Part shown: piece after piece, positions 51,847-64,000 of the stretch | How positions within the stretch are numbered: position 1 is the stretch's first letter | Layout of the letters: each line of letters starts with the position of its first letter | NCBI GenBank assembly: GCA_002633005.1 | Contig: NMRA01000141.1 | Span: forward strand, 796,905 to 860,904 | DNA length: 64,000 nucleotides | From: Phoronis australis | Taxonomy: Eukaryota; Animalia; Phoronida | Reading direction: 5' to 3' | Made by a program: the position numbers and the translations under genes | The notes under the pieces: model-generated | Databases searched by the model: none | The model's input: the letters and a program-made list of their open reading frames with translations, nothing else | Told to the model about the DNA's origin: nothing

Positions 51847-52048
51847 TTTCACAATCTCGAGAAAGTCTCGAGGTGACGAGAATAAATCTTTGTTAAATTA
51901 TTCAAAGAATATGATTATTGGACATGTAGTTAAGACAATTCATCAATGAAAATAATATAGTGGTCCAGTTTGATCTATATCTTTGTTTTTTTACAAATAA
52001 TAAAAAATATTGACCTTCACCCTTTGTCTGCATCAGTTGTTTTCAACG
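51847..52048. promoter_or_regulatory. Very compact bidirectional promoter between ATP5ME and GPAT3/4
   Basis: Start codons at 51846 (-) and 52049 (+) are 202 bp apart; YY1-like GCCATTTT overlaps the ATP5ME ATG; tandem TCTCGAG palindromes at ~51855-51873. Confidence 0.7.
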
Positions 52049-55000
52049 ATGGCAGTGGAGCAGTTGGTCATCGCGTTAGTTTCTCTGGCTTTTGCACCTG
52101 GTGTCTTACTTCTATTTCTTACAATCATCCTAGCTTCATTGGGAAGATCGGTTGGTTTAAGAAAACTGTACGTCGACACTCTCTTAAAAATATTTGAGGT
52201 GAGTACAGTTTCACGGACCGCTATCCGACCAGTCGCTCACTCGTCGAACTCGAAGCCGAAGGCATGTGCCTAGCACAGGCGTCCTCAGCTTCTGATCGGG
52301 TGCTTCACTTCATCCGTCCATAGCAAACACAAAACGCTATAAATTTACTCAAAAAAGTAGCCAGCCAGCTAGCTACATGTGACTATGAAGACAACCGTCA
52401 AAATACAGCTAGGACTAGGTACCACTGCATTTGTGTTAATCTTCCGTAGTCCCGAAATTGTACACAGGCAGGGTAGTTTTGCTCGTTACCTCACCGTGAA
52501 ACTTGTTTCAACATGTAAAGCTAAAAACCAGACAGGGTACATGCAAAATCTGGGATAGTCAACCGACACTCACCTTGCCCGTTACAACCATTTAAGTGAA
52601 AAACTATGCAACAAACGTCATTTTCTTGCATCATTCTCGACCTTTTGTAACAAGTCTGTTGTAGTTTTGAAAACAGTACGCTAGTGTCACGCGAATGCAT
52701 CATTTCCTAAATTTTTGCAACAATTTTGCAGCAGCAAAATTTGTTCCGAAATTCGTTTTTTTTCGATATCGAAATTCTAAAACTTATAATGAAGTGAAAC
52801 CAGCTCTAATAATTTGTTGTGACGTGTACGCAACCTCGTGAAAGAACAACAGTTGAGTGAAGAATCGGCGAAAAAAGAAACTGGCCAAAGGGTGATGCAC
52901 TATTTCGTGGCGCCGAAAGCCGACGCAGAAGGTCGCTCCACAACTTTAGCAGCAGAATAACGATAGAACGCCATTTTTTCCAACACCGTTAAATAATTTA
53001 GTTTATTCAAGGAAGACTGTAGTTTTCAATGGCACTAATGTTGTGTCAGATTTTATCTTACCACTTTTTTACCCACATCGGTGCAAAGCTGTATATTTGG
53101 TATACAACTTTGTACCAAGGATAACAAAACAGGAGTTCAACAAACCATGAGGAATTATTCTTTCTCCCAATACCATTTACGGTGTCCTGCTCCACGGAGT
53201 TCTTAAGAGATTCGCAGTCAAAGCACAAAAAGCCCATCCGGAGCAACTCCCTTGTCCCATGTGAGTTGGTACGGAATTATCCAATGAGTTACGGATGAAC
53301 GACAATTGTCAATTTGCCAGATTGCGTAAAAGATTTTGATAGCGTAACCTTCCGTGACAAATCGGCAATTGCCGTTCATCTGTAACTCATCGGATAATTC
53401 CGTACCGACTCGCGTGGGACACGGGAGTTGCTCCGAAGGGGGTTTTTGGGAAAATATTTCTGCTTTGACCGCAAGTCTCTTGCGAACTCAGTGGAGCAGG
53501 ACACCGTAAATGGTATTGTGAGAAAGAACAATTCCTCATGGTTTGTTGAGCACCCGCTTTGTGTAAATTTATAGAGTTTGGTGTTTGCTATGGATGGCTG
53601 AAATGAAGCACCCGCGGAATTTCTAGTCCGGAGTGTCATACCTTGTAGTATAATGTATTGGGGACGATCAGAAGCTGAGGACGCATGTGGTGCTAGGAAA
53701 TTATATCGCCCTGAATGCAGCAGGCATACAAGAGTGATAGTATATCACCATAAAAAGTTACTCATTTCAAAATACAGCTAATAAAATCGAATGAAACATG
53801 CATATATATGATCATAGAGTTATAATTAACTCATACCATGACTCTGAATACAATTTAGTCAACATAACTTGAACATAACATATCCATAAAAATCGAGTTT
53901 CTCTCACCGCGTGACATTTTGAGGATGTTACATGAAATCAAGCCTGTTGACGAACAAAGAGTCTAATGGACACAAATCTAACAAATTTCACCTGATATCT
54001 TTCCATGCTATTTTTCAAGTGTCGCGCGCCACATCACGCGCTTTGCTCAGTCTCGGGGCTAGCCTTTACCTAATGATCGTGACGCATTCAAAATATTTTG
54101 TGGTTATCGCGTATACGCAGAAAGTTAACAGTGACCAAAAAGAAGAGTTGAAATTCTTAGCCAAAGTCACCTTAATTGTCGTAACTAAGCTTCATCGAAG
54201 ATATGTGCAGAAGTAGAAAGGACCACTGAGGGCTGTTCCAGCAAAGTCTGTGTGGGAGGGGGGGGAAGGCAACTGAAATAAAAAATTATGGGTGGTTGCA
54301 TTTGATTTAAATTCAAAATGGCTGGTGGTCGTACTTCAAAAAAATAAAAATTTACAGGTCGTTGTTGTTTCATTGGGCCATAAATGTTTGATGGTGGGTA
54401 ATTTTAGTAAATTTTATAAACAATCCCCACAGAATCAAAAACTGAAACAAAAATGCAACTTGCAAAAAGCTCCGACTTTTTCACTCCCTTCGATCTCCTC
54501 ATCGGCATGCCCATAACACCATTTAACCACAGGTGCTCGAATTTCTCGATGGCTAATAACCATATATAAGAAATGTATGTTTTCTTAGTAATGAATGACG
54601 TTAGTGGTGATGGAGGAACAGATAAACTCAAGCGCCTGTGCAGTCAACCACAAGAACAAAAAAAATTACGGGTGGTTGCATTTCAAAGTTATAAAAAATT
54701 ACGGGTGGTAGGCTGAAGAAATAAATGAAAAATATGGGTGGTGGGTGCGAAATAAAGGTGCCTTCCCCCCTCCCATACAGATTTTAGTGGAACAGCCCTG
54801 AAGAAAGTAAGCACTTTTTAAAGTGATAGTTTTAAGTGTGGAATGTATTTTTGATGAGGTGAAAAGTCTCAATCGATGAGCCGATTTCGCCTACAGCCTG
54901 TTTAAAATAAACAAGACGAAATTAGTACAGAAAGCGATTGGAAGTATTGTAGCCCCTAATTGGCCAACCAAGGGGCTACGTGTTGCCTACGCCTGTGCCT

Positions 55001-58000
55001 GTGCCTGGTACAGATTGGCAACACATAGTGTCTTGGCTGGTTCTACAGGGTCTACAATACTCCCCATCACTTTCTGTATTAATATCATCACGTGTATTTT
55101 AAACTGGCGGTAGTCCTAATCTGGTAACCGAGTAAAAAGTTTTCACCACATCAAAAATACGTTTTACGTTTTTCAAGTTCAACAATCCTTTTTAGTTTTA
55201 CACATATCTTCGATGAAGCATGTCTATGGGAATTAAGGTGACTTTGGTGAAGAATTCCAACTCCACTTTTTTGGTCACCCATTAAGTTTTTCACCACGTG
55301 CGATAACCATGAAATATTTCAATGATGCCGTGTGAGTGACACAACGACAAGCACGAGATTGAATAAAGCGCGTTACTTTGCACGTGACAGTTGCAAAATT
55401 CTCTATGGTAGTTTTTGCAAGTGTCAATTGCCAAGTCATGTGCTCCGCTCATTCTCTTATTGTGGCCTTACTCGCGTGACTTTAATTGAAGTATTTTGTG
55501 GTTATCGTACACAATGACAATGTCAACGGTTATCAGAAAAGTGGAGTTGGAATTCTTTGCCAAAGTCATCTTCCCATAGGCATGCTTCACCAAGGATATG
55601 CATAGAACCAGAAAGGATTGTTGAAAAAAGTAAATTAGCCCTTTTTAAGTGCAAAATTTATACTTGACGAAGTAAAAACCTCTTATTGGGTGACAGGATT
55701 TGGACTACCAGTTGTTTGAAATACACCGGGATGAGATTAGTACACAGACTGATGGAATGTTGTAACCTCTCGCCAGCCAGCCAAGAGGCTACTTGTATGT
55801 GTTGCTTAGATCCTCGCTGACGATGATATCTAAGGCTAAGAAACCGTTGTTGTCACTGAATCTCAACACTGCTCAACTGTCTGAACTGATGTTTTTTGCT
55901 TCAATGAAATTGTCATCATCTTCTGAATTGTGTCACTAAAAAATTAGTGATGGCGTGTGCCACGAGCGCAATGTTTCAAAGTTGACAGACATTTCGTTGT
56001 TACAAAAGCTGGAGAATTGTGCAAGAAAATGACGTTCATTAGATTGTTTCCACTTAAACGGTTGTAACGGGCAAATTGAATGTTTGCTTGACTTTCAATT
56101 TTGTATGCAGGCCTACAGGTCATTAGCTCCACATATTCATGTAAGTTTCCTGGTTTGAGGTCTATGTGAGGTAAACACACAGTCATTCCTAGCTATAGTT
56201 TGACGATTGTCCTCATACAGCTACCTTGTTGTCTAGGAATTTATGAAGACAAAAAATGACTTAATCAGTGATTTAAGTTCAATTTTTCAGTTCTCTACAA
56301 CTCAAATTACACCAAAATGTAACTCGCCCAACTGTTTGTATTTTTGTATCTCCAACATTCAACTCCCTGACCCTTCCTTATTTTCCATTAGGACCAGACA
56401 GCAGCATACAAGGTTTCTGGTCTGCGACACCCTACTACATTATATACTTGAAGTCAAGGTCTTAAGTCAAAGGTCACCAGATGGCACTGAGATTGGGTTA
56501 AGAAACGATCTAAATTCAACAGGCATCAGGTGGCTTTCCTTTTCAAAATATGGACAGCAGACCTGGGAGAACCAATTATTCTACTTTTTGGTCTTGCGTT
56601 TGTTTAAAAGCAACACAATCTGATAAGCGCCACTTACTTTCATCATACTTCCACTTTTGCAACTTGAGGAAAAGTCTGTTGTCGACTTTAAAACGCTTTG
56701 CTTTTGACACATGAAAGCTCCAGCCTCTTGTCTTTTGTTATTGTCAAAGTGATTTAAGCTAGGAATTGTCAGTGACAACATTTACAAAGCGATATTGGAT
56801 GAAAATTGATAATTAAGTGGTCTCGAATTACACCAAAGTGAAATCAATCTGTGCACTTGTTTTACCTACTTGTGACACATAACCTTGTGAATGGAGAATT
56901 GGTTAGATTGGAAATTGACCTATAAGCCATGGTGATGCTCTATTGTGACTGAATACCCAGGTGGTGTTAAATTACAGTGTCTGCCAGACAGTGTAATTGA
57001 ACAGTCTATCCTGAGTATTTACCATGATGTTTCACCTGTAGGACCAGTGCCTGTGAACCAGGGAGAAAGTGCAACTCCTGTTAGTAATTTTTTGCATATT
57101 CCGCTAAAAGAAGTTAATTATTTAGTTACTGTTGAAAAGCAAGTTGACATTACTTATTATATTACGTCAAAACAAGGAAGCCCAGTATTAAAAAACCTGG
57201 CAACAGTCGAAAGTGGAAACACAAGATATCTGAATTGAAAAATCGGCAAAGTTGGCAGTATTCTGTACAACACCTTAGCTCACCCGATCACATAACATGT
57301 CTTTAAACTCGTTATTTATGAGTCAAATATACGAGTTGATTGGGTATACTTCTATAGACTTCAACAATGTGGCAAATCAAATTATCTTTATCGGCCATTT
57401 TCAAGTTTTTGGATTTTTGACGCTTTTGGCAATTTTTAACTTTGATTTTTTTAACGCAGGGGTAAATTTATTTGCACAAATTTTAAACTTGATTTATGAT
57501 CAGTAGCTGAGAGGATCGAGTCTCAGATTTTTGATTTACCTCGAGTCCTAAAAACGGAGAAATCTGTTATCATGAACTGATGCCTGATTTCCCTGTTGTT
57601 TTCGGTTCAATAAAAACTCTGAGGTTTCCTTGAATATGAACTGAAAACAGATACATGTTAAAGTTTCTTCTAATTAGAATACAATATGGCGGAATAGTAA
57701 AATGTTGTTTATCAAAATTTTCAACAATAGTAACTAAAAGACGATTTTACTTGATTATTTGAAAACTTTTATATAGTATGGTTGTCATCAAGAAATACAG
57801 AATAAAATTTTGAACATTTTTGGCTGTACAGTGAACGTTTGAAAAATGAAAAAAGTAAAAATTTTGGCCATTCTTTTCGATCAAATCAGACGTAGTCTAA
57901 CACAAAATTGCCTGCAGTTGACTGTTGAGGTTTTTTGAAAAATAGAGCACTTTTCACAAAAATGATGGTCATGGGATTGTAAACGTTCATGTGACGTTTG

Positions 58001-61000
58001 AAGGCATGGGTTCAGATTATTCCCTTGTTGAACATCCAGAAACTATAAGCTCTGTGAGTTGACAGTGGACAATTGAAAAGTTATTTGATGGAACAGGAAG
58101 GGAAGGTTGACAAATACTTCTGCCATCCTGTAGTCCTGTAGTTTACATGAAGTGTCAGCTTGCACAGAAACTGTCTGGACTGCACATAAACCCTCTATTG
58201 ATAAGATACTGTTAGTAGGCAGTTGTGATAAACATGTTATGTAAGAATTTGATAGCTGCATTTCACACAGTTACCTGGATTCCTGTGTGTGCAGATCTTT
58301 ATCTATTATTAGTTGTAATGTCAGTATCTTGAAGTCCTAATAAATGTCTGAACAAATCTAGATGCAAATTGAGCCTCATGAGAGTTGTGATTTATTAGGT
58401 TATCAGTCAATGAACCTCATTTTTACAGGAAACAAAATAAAAAATGAGATGCCATAATCATGCAGGTGTTTACGATTGAGAGAGCAGAGAACCATAAAAG
58501 CATTATTATTGTACAAGTGAAATGTTTTATGCTTAAATCGTATTTAGACAAAAGCATTGTTTTTCATTTTGAAATTTCATTTGGAATTTTTCTCGACTAG
58601 CAATTACATTTTTTCAAATAATAATTTTGGTCAATGAATATTCAAGTAAAAACCCAGCTTCAACTTAAGGTAATTAATACATTAAACGACCTAGTGACTG
58701 AAGTCCACCAAGGCTTGCTCAAAACACCTTGTTGGTCATGGTAGCATTCATATGAAAATATTGGCAGGTGCTTTAGGCGAGTCATTGATTTCCTACTCAG
58801 CGTTATGTCGTCATCACTTTTCAGAACAAACTGGGCTCATGTTGTCCTAATTTTTCAGTCAGCTGATAAGCTTGGTGAAAGTCAGAAAACATGATGTAGA
58901 TCAGTTGAATACAGGTCCATAAATGAATAAGCATCTTTACCAGGAAATAAAGTTAGCATTGCTTGCTCCTCTGCATTTCTGTCTGTGAAAAAAGCAAAAC
59001 AAAACATTTAATCCTTCAATATTGCTCTTGCAACTTTCTGTACTATGACAAGACTTTATTTCCTGCATAGGGCTCTCCTCAATAAAATTCAGTAAACTGT
59101 GAACATAATTTTGAGCGGGCTCTTCTGTTTAGCCTCAGGGTATTTCTCAATTACAACTGAATGTTGAGATCAATGCTATCATGACATGTTTGAAAGGCTT
59201 CAGTATATTTTCACAATTGAGCACTAAGTTGGAAAATTATAAAACTTTGTCTTTTATAGTCTTGAAATTCTAGCTTTATTATGATCTGACTCAACATTTT
59301 GGTTAAAAGGATACCAAGCTGGGTTTTGGCCTATTAACAGATTCTAAAACGACTTTCCCATCCAGTTCTCTGAAACAAAATGTTTCTCTGTAATCCTCCA
59401 CAACCCTCAAAAGTTTGGAGGAAAATTTGAAAACTCCTTTCAAAGTCTGCTAAACTGGCAAGCACGACCTACACTTATAGCGAAAAGCACGGCAGTTGCG
59501 GGAAAAGACCACCAACCAAGGACCATCAAATATCCTGTCCGTGAGATAGGGGGTATGAGTTTTTAGTTGATTCCTGCCTTTAATTTGGAAGATTGATGCC
59601 AATGATGCATTAGCACATGACAAAACTAGGATTGGTGGAAATCATCAAAATAGGGCTTAGTATCATTTTAAGTAAAATATGTTATGACAGAAGAAAGAAA
59701 TGCAAATCAAATTGGTGTGTGTTTGATAATGGCAGTCCCTGGTGAGAGTCGATTCCAGGGTGACTCCTGCAGAATGAATCTCTGCTTGATTAGTGTGTGT
59801 GCTTTTGCGCATTGAGTTCTGAAGTTACAAATAATGTTAATCGCTAATGAACTAGACACATTTATTTAACTGTACTGCTTTCCATAATCCAGTGCTGCGG
59901 GTAATTTCTAGAAGTTACTGGCAAACTTATTTCTTGTGACACTGCCTCATTAGCAGGCATTCAGAGACCAGAGTTAGTGACTGTTCAGAGTATAGTGAAC
60001 GTTCAGAGTACAGTGACCATTCAGAGTATAGTGAACATTCAGAGTATAGCGACCATTCAGAGTATAGTTAACATTCAGAGTATAGTGACCATTCAGAGTA
60101 TAGTGAACGTTCAGAGTATAGTGACCATTCAGAATATACTGAACGTTCAGAGTATAGTGAATGTTCAGAGTACAGTGAACATTCAGAGTATAGTGAACTT
60201 TCGGAGAATTGAACCTTCGGAGTGCTCAGAAGAGTATATAATTTTCAAAGAAACTAGTACTGAACCCTGACGGAGGCATTGGAACGCTGCAAGTTTGTGT
60301 GATGTGATGGAAAATTAAAATCATATTTGTCACACATTCACAAACCTAATTTTGACATGAGTCTTCTGTCCACCCGTAGCCATGGCTTCCCATACCCCTG
60401 GCCTCCGCATACCCCTGGCCTCCCCATACCCCTGGCCTCCCTATACCCATGGCCTCCCCATACCCCTGGCCTCCCCATAGCCCTAGGCGTAAGCCTCGCC
60501 AATCTTGTGGTTAATTCACCTCTGTCCTGATCTGTCTGCTGATCAAACGTTCCATTTTATGGTCCACATCTGAACAGGGCATTACCCTAGTGTGAGTGTG
60601 GACTGTGGATGATGTCTCCAAAACCACAAGACACTGCTGTTAAACATTATTGATTTCTAATTTTTGTTAAAAGCAGCTTATTCAATGTTCATTAACTGTT
60701 GGAAAATTCAAAACCAATTTCAAGATGCAGGCAGTTTGTCAATAATTGTGTGTCTGGTTGCCATCTGCCAGTACTAAGACATTCTTGTGTGGTGCGTGCC
60801 TGCGTGACCTGTCTTGTTGTTGTTCACAGTGATCCAACGTTCATTTGCAGTACGGTGCTGGTAAACAGACTGGCCAGGGGTCAGTTGATGGAGAGTCAGA
60901 GGATGAAGCCGAGGAAGCCCCACCTCAGGAGCCCAACATTTACCTGAAAAATGGCGAAAATGGTGAGTGGTGTGCCATGAGTTTAAGACAGGAAGTAAAA

Positions 61001-64000
61001 CCCTCTTGGATCTTGGAATTAACTACACCTAGTGTCCAGATGGGAACCATACTGTTCTTAGCTGACAGGGTATATTAAGCTTATATGTAGAACCTTATCG
61101 ACAAATTTGCTTATCTTGCCAAATATAAAACTTTGAATTTGATTTTTTAACCAATCTTCTGTTAACCGTGTCTCTTGTTATAAAAATAAAATCTAGAGCA
61201 AAAACGAAAGGTACATTGATAGCACATCAATGGTAACTCAGTATTTGATATAAATGTTGCAGTGTTCTGAAGTATTATTCTGTTTACGCTTTATGCAAAT
61301 TTTACATTTTTGCATTAAAATCATAAAACTCCTATTTTTGGTATCCCCTCATGCAAGTGTGCAACATTTTAAAAAACGATTCGTAACAATCTTTTGAAGA
61401 AATGTAGATAATAGTGTCTGAACGTCAAATCTGATGATCCATTTCTGAGATATGATGTTCCGAAGTTATTCAAATTTGGTTTTGAACATATTAGTCTTCA
61501 GCATTGCTTCGTTCAAATGTTCTCATGTGTACACAATGGTATGCCTAACAGACTTAACCTTTGTATGAGCGATTGCTGGTGTTTGTATGTAAGTAAATAT
61601 AAAACTTGGGTGGCAACTAAGAAGAATTATTTTGGTCTTGCATCCAAATTTGGTGACATTTTGGTCTTGTATCCAACGATTGCATGGGCCAGGAGTGGAG
61701 GCTTATTTGGAGAGAAATGACTTTTGGTGACCATTATGATATACATAAACAGGTGAACAGTATAATATACAGTAACAGAATGTGAACATTATAATATACA
61801 GTAACAGGTGAACATTTTAATAGGTAGTAACAGGTGAACATTATAATATACAGTAACAGGTGAACATTATAATATACAGTAACAGGTGAACATTATACCG
61901 TAATATACAGTAACAGGTGAACATTATAATAATTATACAGTGACAGGTGAACATTATAATATACAGTTATAGAATGTGAACATTATAATATACAGCAACA
62001 AGTGATCATTATGATATACAGTTACAGGATGTGAACAGTATAATATACAGTAAGAAGATGTAAACATTATAATATAGAATAACAGCCAGGTGAAAGATGA
62101 AAATGTCTTGTTATGTCCTGCAGGTGTTAAAGTGATTGAGCGCGAAGTGTCTTTAGGCAGCGATGGCATGAGGGTGAGGTTATATTCTCAGCGGTCCATG
62201 GAAGACATTGAGGAGTTCCAGCTGTCTGATTCAATGTATTTCGTCAAGAGTGGCATTGAGGTATAACCATTAGCAGAGGGTAACTTTGTCAATAGCAGGC
62301 AGGTTAAAATTGAACTGTGTTGAGTAAATTATTGCACCTTTGCAGTATAAAGCCTATTGTGAATGGTAACACCTGTAAATTTAGTTCCTGCAGGATGTTA
62401 AGAGCGTTGCTCTTAGCCCACTTGTGCCATAAATTGTCAAATGTAACGAACTGTTAGGGGGTATTGGCTTGCTTTTGTCTATGTTACTGAGAGAGTCGCC
62501 TTTTAATTCAGACATCTGCAAATAACACCCACAGGCAATGGTGTTCTATTCAGACCCCTATTCCATACAAATGTTATAGGCCTTTTGTTGTTTGTGCTGG
62601 GATGTTTCCATGTGATGTGACGCAACACAGCACAAAAAGGCACCTTCACTTATCATTTGATGGGCTTACATTTGAGCAGTTGAACTCACCTTTTCTTATT
62701 CTATTTAGGCTTTTCTAGGACTATCTGGTTACCCAAGCACATCTAAAATAACAAAATTCCATTGAAGTTATGCTTTAAGGCGACATTGTTGTGTTACCTT
62801 TCATTGTCTCACTGTGTAAGTTTGAATGTGTCTACAATGGCATAATGAAATCCTGGTGGGCAACTTTCATGATACATGTTCTGAAGTTTTTAAAAGTTGT
62901 GCTGTGGTCACTATATTAGTTGCCACAGAAAATATGCTTGTTCCTGTATACATACAAGACATTCTTTGCATCTGGAGAGACAAATCCTGGTTGTTTGGAC
63001 TAGTTTTGACATTCAACAGCATACCATGCCTGCCCCAATGGCATGCACTATGGCATACACTTTGTTGTCATAAATGACCTGGCAGTCATTTTCAGTGCAA
63101 TTTTTTAGTTCAAATGGTATAAACCTTCAGTCTCATTCATTGAAGCTTAAAAACCATTAAAGCATAGCATTTCAAGTGTTCTATACTTTGACTTTGCAAT
63201 AGTTATTGGTTAAATGAAGAACAGCTGACTGTCAGTGATGACAAAGGACATCATTGTCGAGTTAGAAATATTCAATACCGAGTTTTATTAACAATGAAAC
63301 TGATAGACCTTCAGATGGGTAATGCAGACTTTCAGGTGGAAGTTTTGACCTTCGTTTGGGAAGGACGGACCCAAAAATGTGAAGCATGGACGAGAGATGA
63401 GAAGGATTGAATTGCGATAGAAAGGATGGACCATTTTTTCATTTTTGTGTTATCAGATCACGTTTACTAAATGTCGCTGTTGTGACGTGTCAGTCACTAA
63501 ACATTTTATCTACTTTGTTTCTACTGTACTAATTGATGTAAGCCTGCTTAAAAACTAGAAAAGTAGCTTTCATATAAAAATAAATTCAGCTCCTGAAGAT
63601 GTGTGGTTCGCCCATTTTCACTGCAAATTTCAATGGCTAACTACTAAATTGAGCAGTGGGACTATTTTCTAAGCCCTGTCTACCTGAGTTCTCATAGTTT
63701 TGTCCTCTGCATTTATGCCAGTGCCCTTCCCTTATGCAGTCTGAGTTTCATATCTTAATGTCAAGCAGGGGAAATTTAAATTTTGATATGAATTCACAAG
63801 CTTATGGTTTCAGTTCATTTTCCTGGGATGTGTTTGTTAGTTTATTTATCGTGTTCCATTTTGTTTCAGTTCTTAAATGTTTCTTTTCCAGGCCATCATT
63901 GATGATGATGTCACTAAGTGTTTCGCGGCTGAGGAGCTCTCATCGTGGAACCTACTCACTCGCACCAATGCACGCTACCCGGAGCTGAACAAGTATTGCT
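52049..64000 (+). CDS. GPAT3/4: Glycerol-3-phosphate acyltransferase 3/4 family, 5' portion. Exons 52049-52198, 60851-60962, 62124-62260, 63892 onward
   Basis: Transmembrane segment then LASLGRSVGLRKLYVDTLLKIFE; EFQLSDSMYFVKSGIE|AIIDDDVTKCFAAEELSSWNLLTRTN matches the GPAT3/GPAT4 N-terminal motifs. Exon phases are consistent. Confidence 0.93.
52278..54990. mobile_element. Largest copy of the foldback family, with internal deletions and insertions
   Basis: Left-arm pieces 52278-52350 and 53124-53290 are reverse complements of 53370-53690; the right arm runs to ...ggctacgtgttgccta at ~54990. Confidence 0.75.
54230..54798. mobile_element. Complete PIF/Harbinger-like MITE (569 bp) nested in the foldback element
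   Basis: TIRs gggctgttcca...tggaacagccc with a 3-bp TGA duplication; the empty site ggaccaaTGAagaaag is visible in the related copy near 5490-5503. Confidence 0.9.
55017..55808. mobile_element. Short palindromic derivative of the foldback family termini
   Basis: aattaaggtgactttgg-gaagaattccaactccacttt (55231-55270) pairs with aaagtggagttggaattctttgccaaagtcatctt (55538-55572); the ends match the family terminus. Confidence 0.7.
59976..60198. repeat. 18-bp minisatellite (~12 copies)
   Basis: Unit ttcagagtatagtgaac(g/a) and ttcagagtatagtgacca. Confidence 0.92.
60389..60484. repeat. 18-bp C-rich minisatellite (~5 copies)
   Basis: Unit ccatacccctggcctccc. Confidence 0.9.
61730..62083. repeat. 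~26-bp AT-rich minisatellite (~12 copies)
   Basis: Unit aacaggtgaacattataatatacagt with variants. Confidence 0.9.

Noticed and set aside
51855-51875. Heat-shock element in the ATP5ME/GPAT promoter
   Set aside because: Only one canonical nGAAn unit; the flanking units deviate from consensus.
59977-60530. Repetitive proteins (QSIVNV)n and (PWPPHT)n
   Set aside because: By-products of 18-bp minisatellites inside a GPAT intron, with no supporting splice or start context.

Overview
This is an AT-rich, intron-rich animal (bilaterian invertebrate-like) genomic window from a draft assembly with N-gaps and single-N joins; it is not prokaryotic. I reconstructed seven spliced genes by hand from GT-AG boundaries and reading-frame continuity: alpha-catenin (-, 5' part), BRF2 (+), COX15 (-), CUTC (+), a Ly6/Quiver-type three-finger GPI-anchored protein (+), ATP synthase subunit e (-) and GPAT3/4 (+, 5' part). 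Six of them form three head-to-head pairs, including COX15-CUTC, which is also head-to-head in human. Introns and promoter regions carry many non-autonomous TIR elements (TA-targeting Tc1/mariner-pogo-like, PIF/Harbinger-like, a large foldback family), a tRNA-derived SINE and minisatellites. Two local duplications flanking single Ns look like both haplotypes assembled in tandem; one reveals an apparent local MITE hop. I found no CRISPR array or clearly novel enzymatic system. The best leads are gene-pair conservation, the MITE polymorphism and unusual protein features. Homology calls come from recalled family motifs, not from searches.
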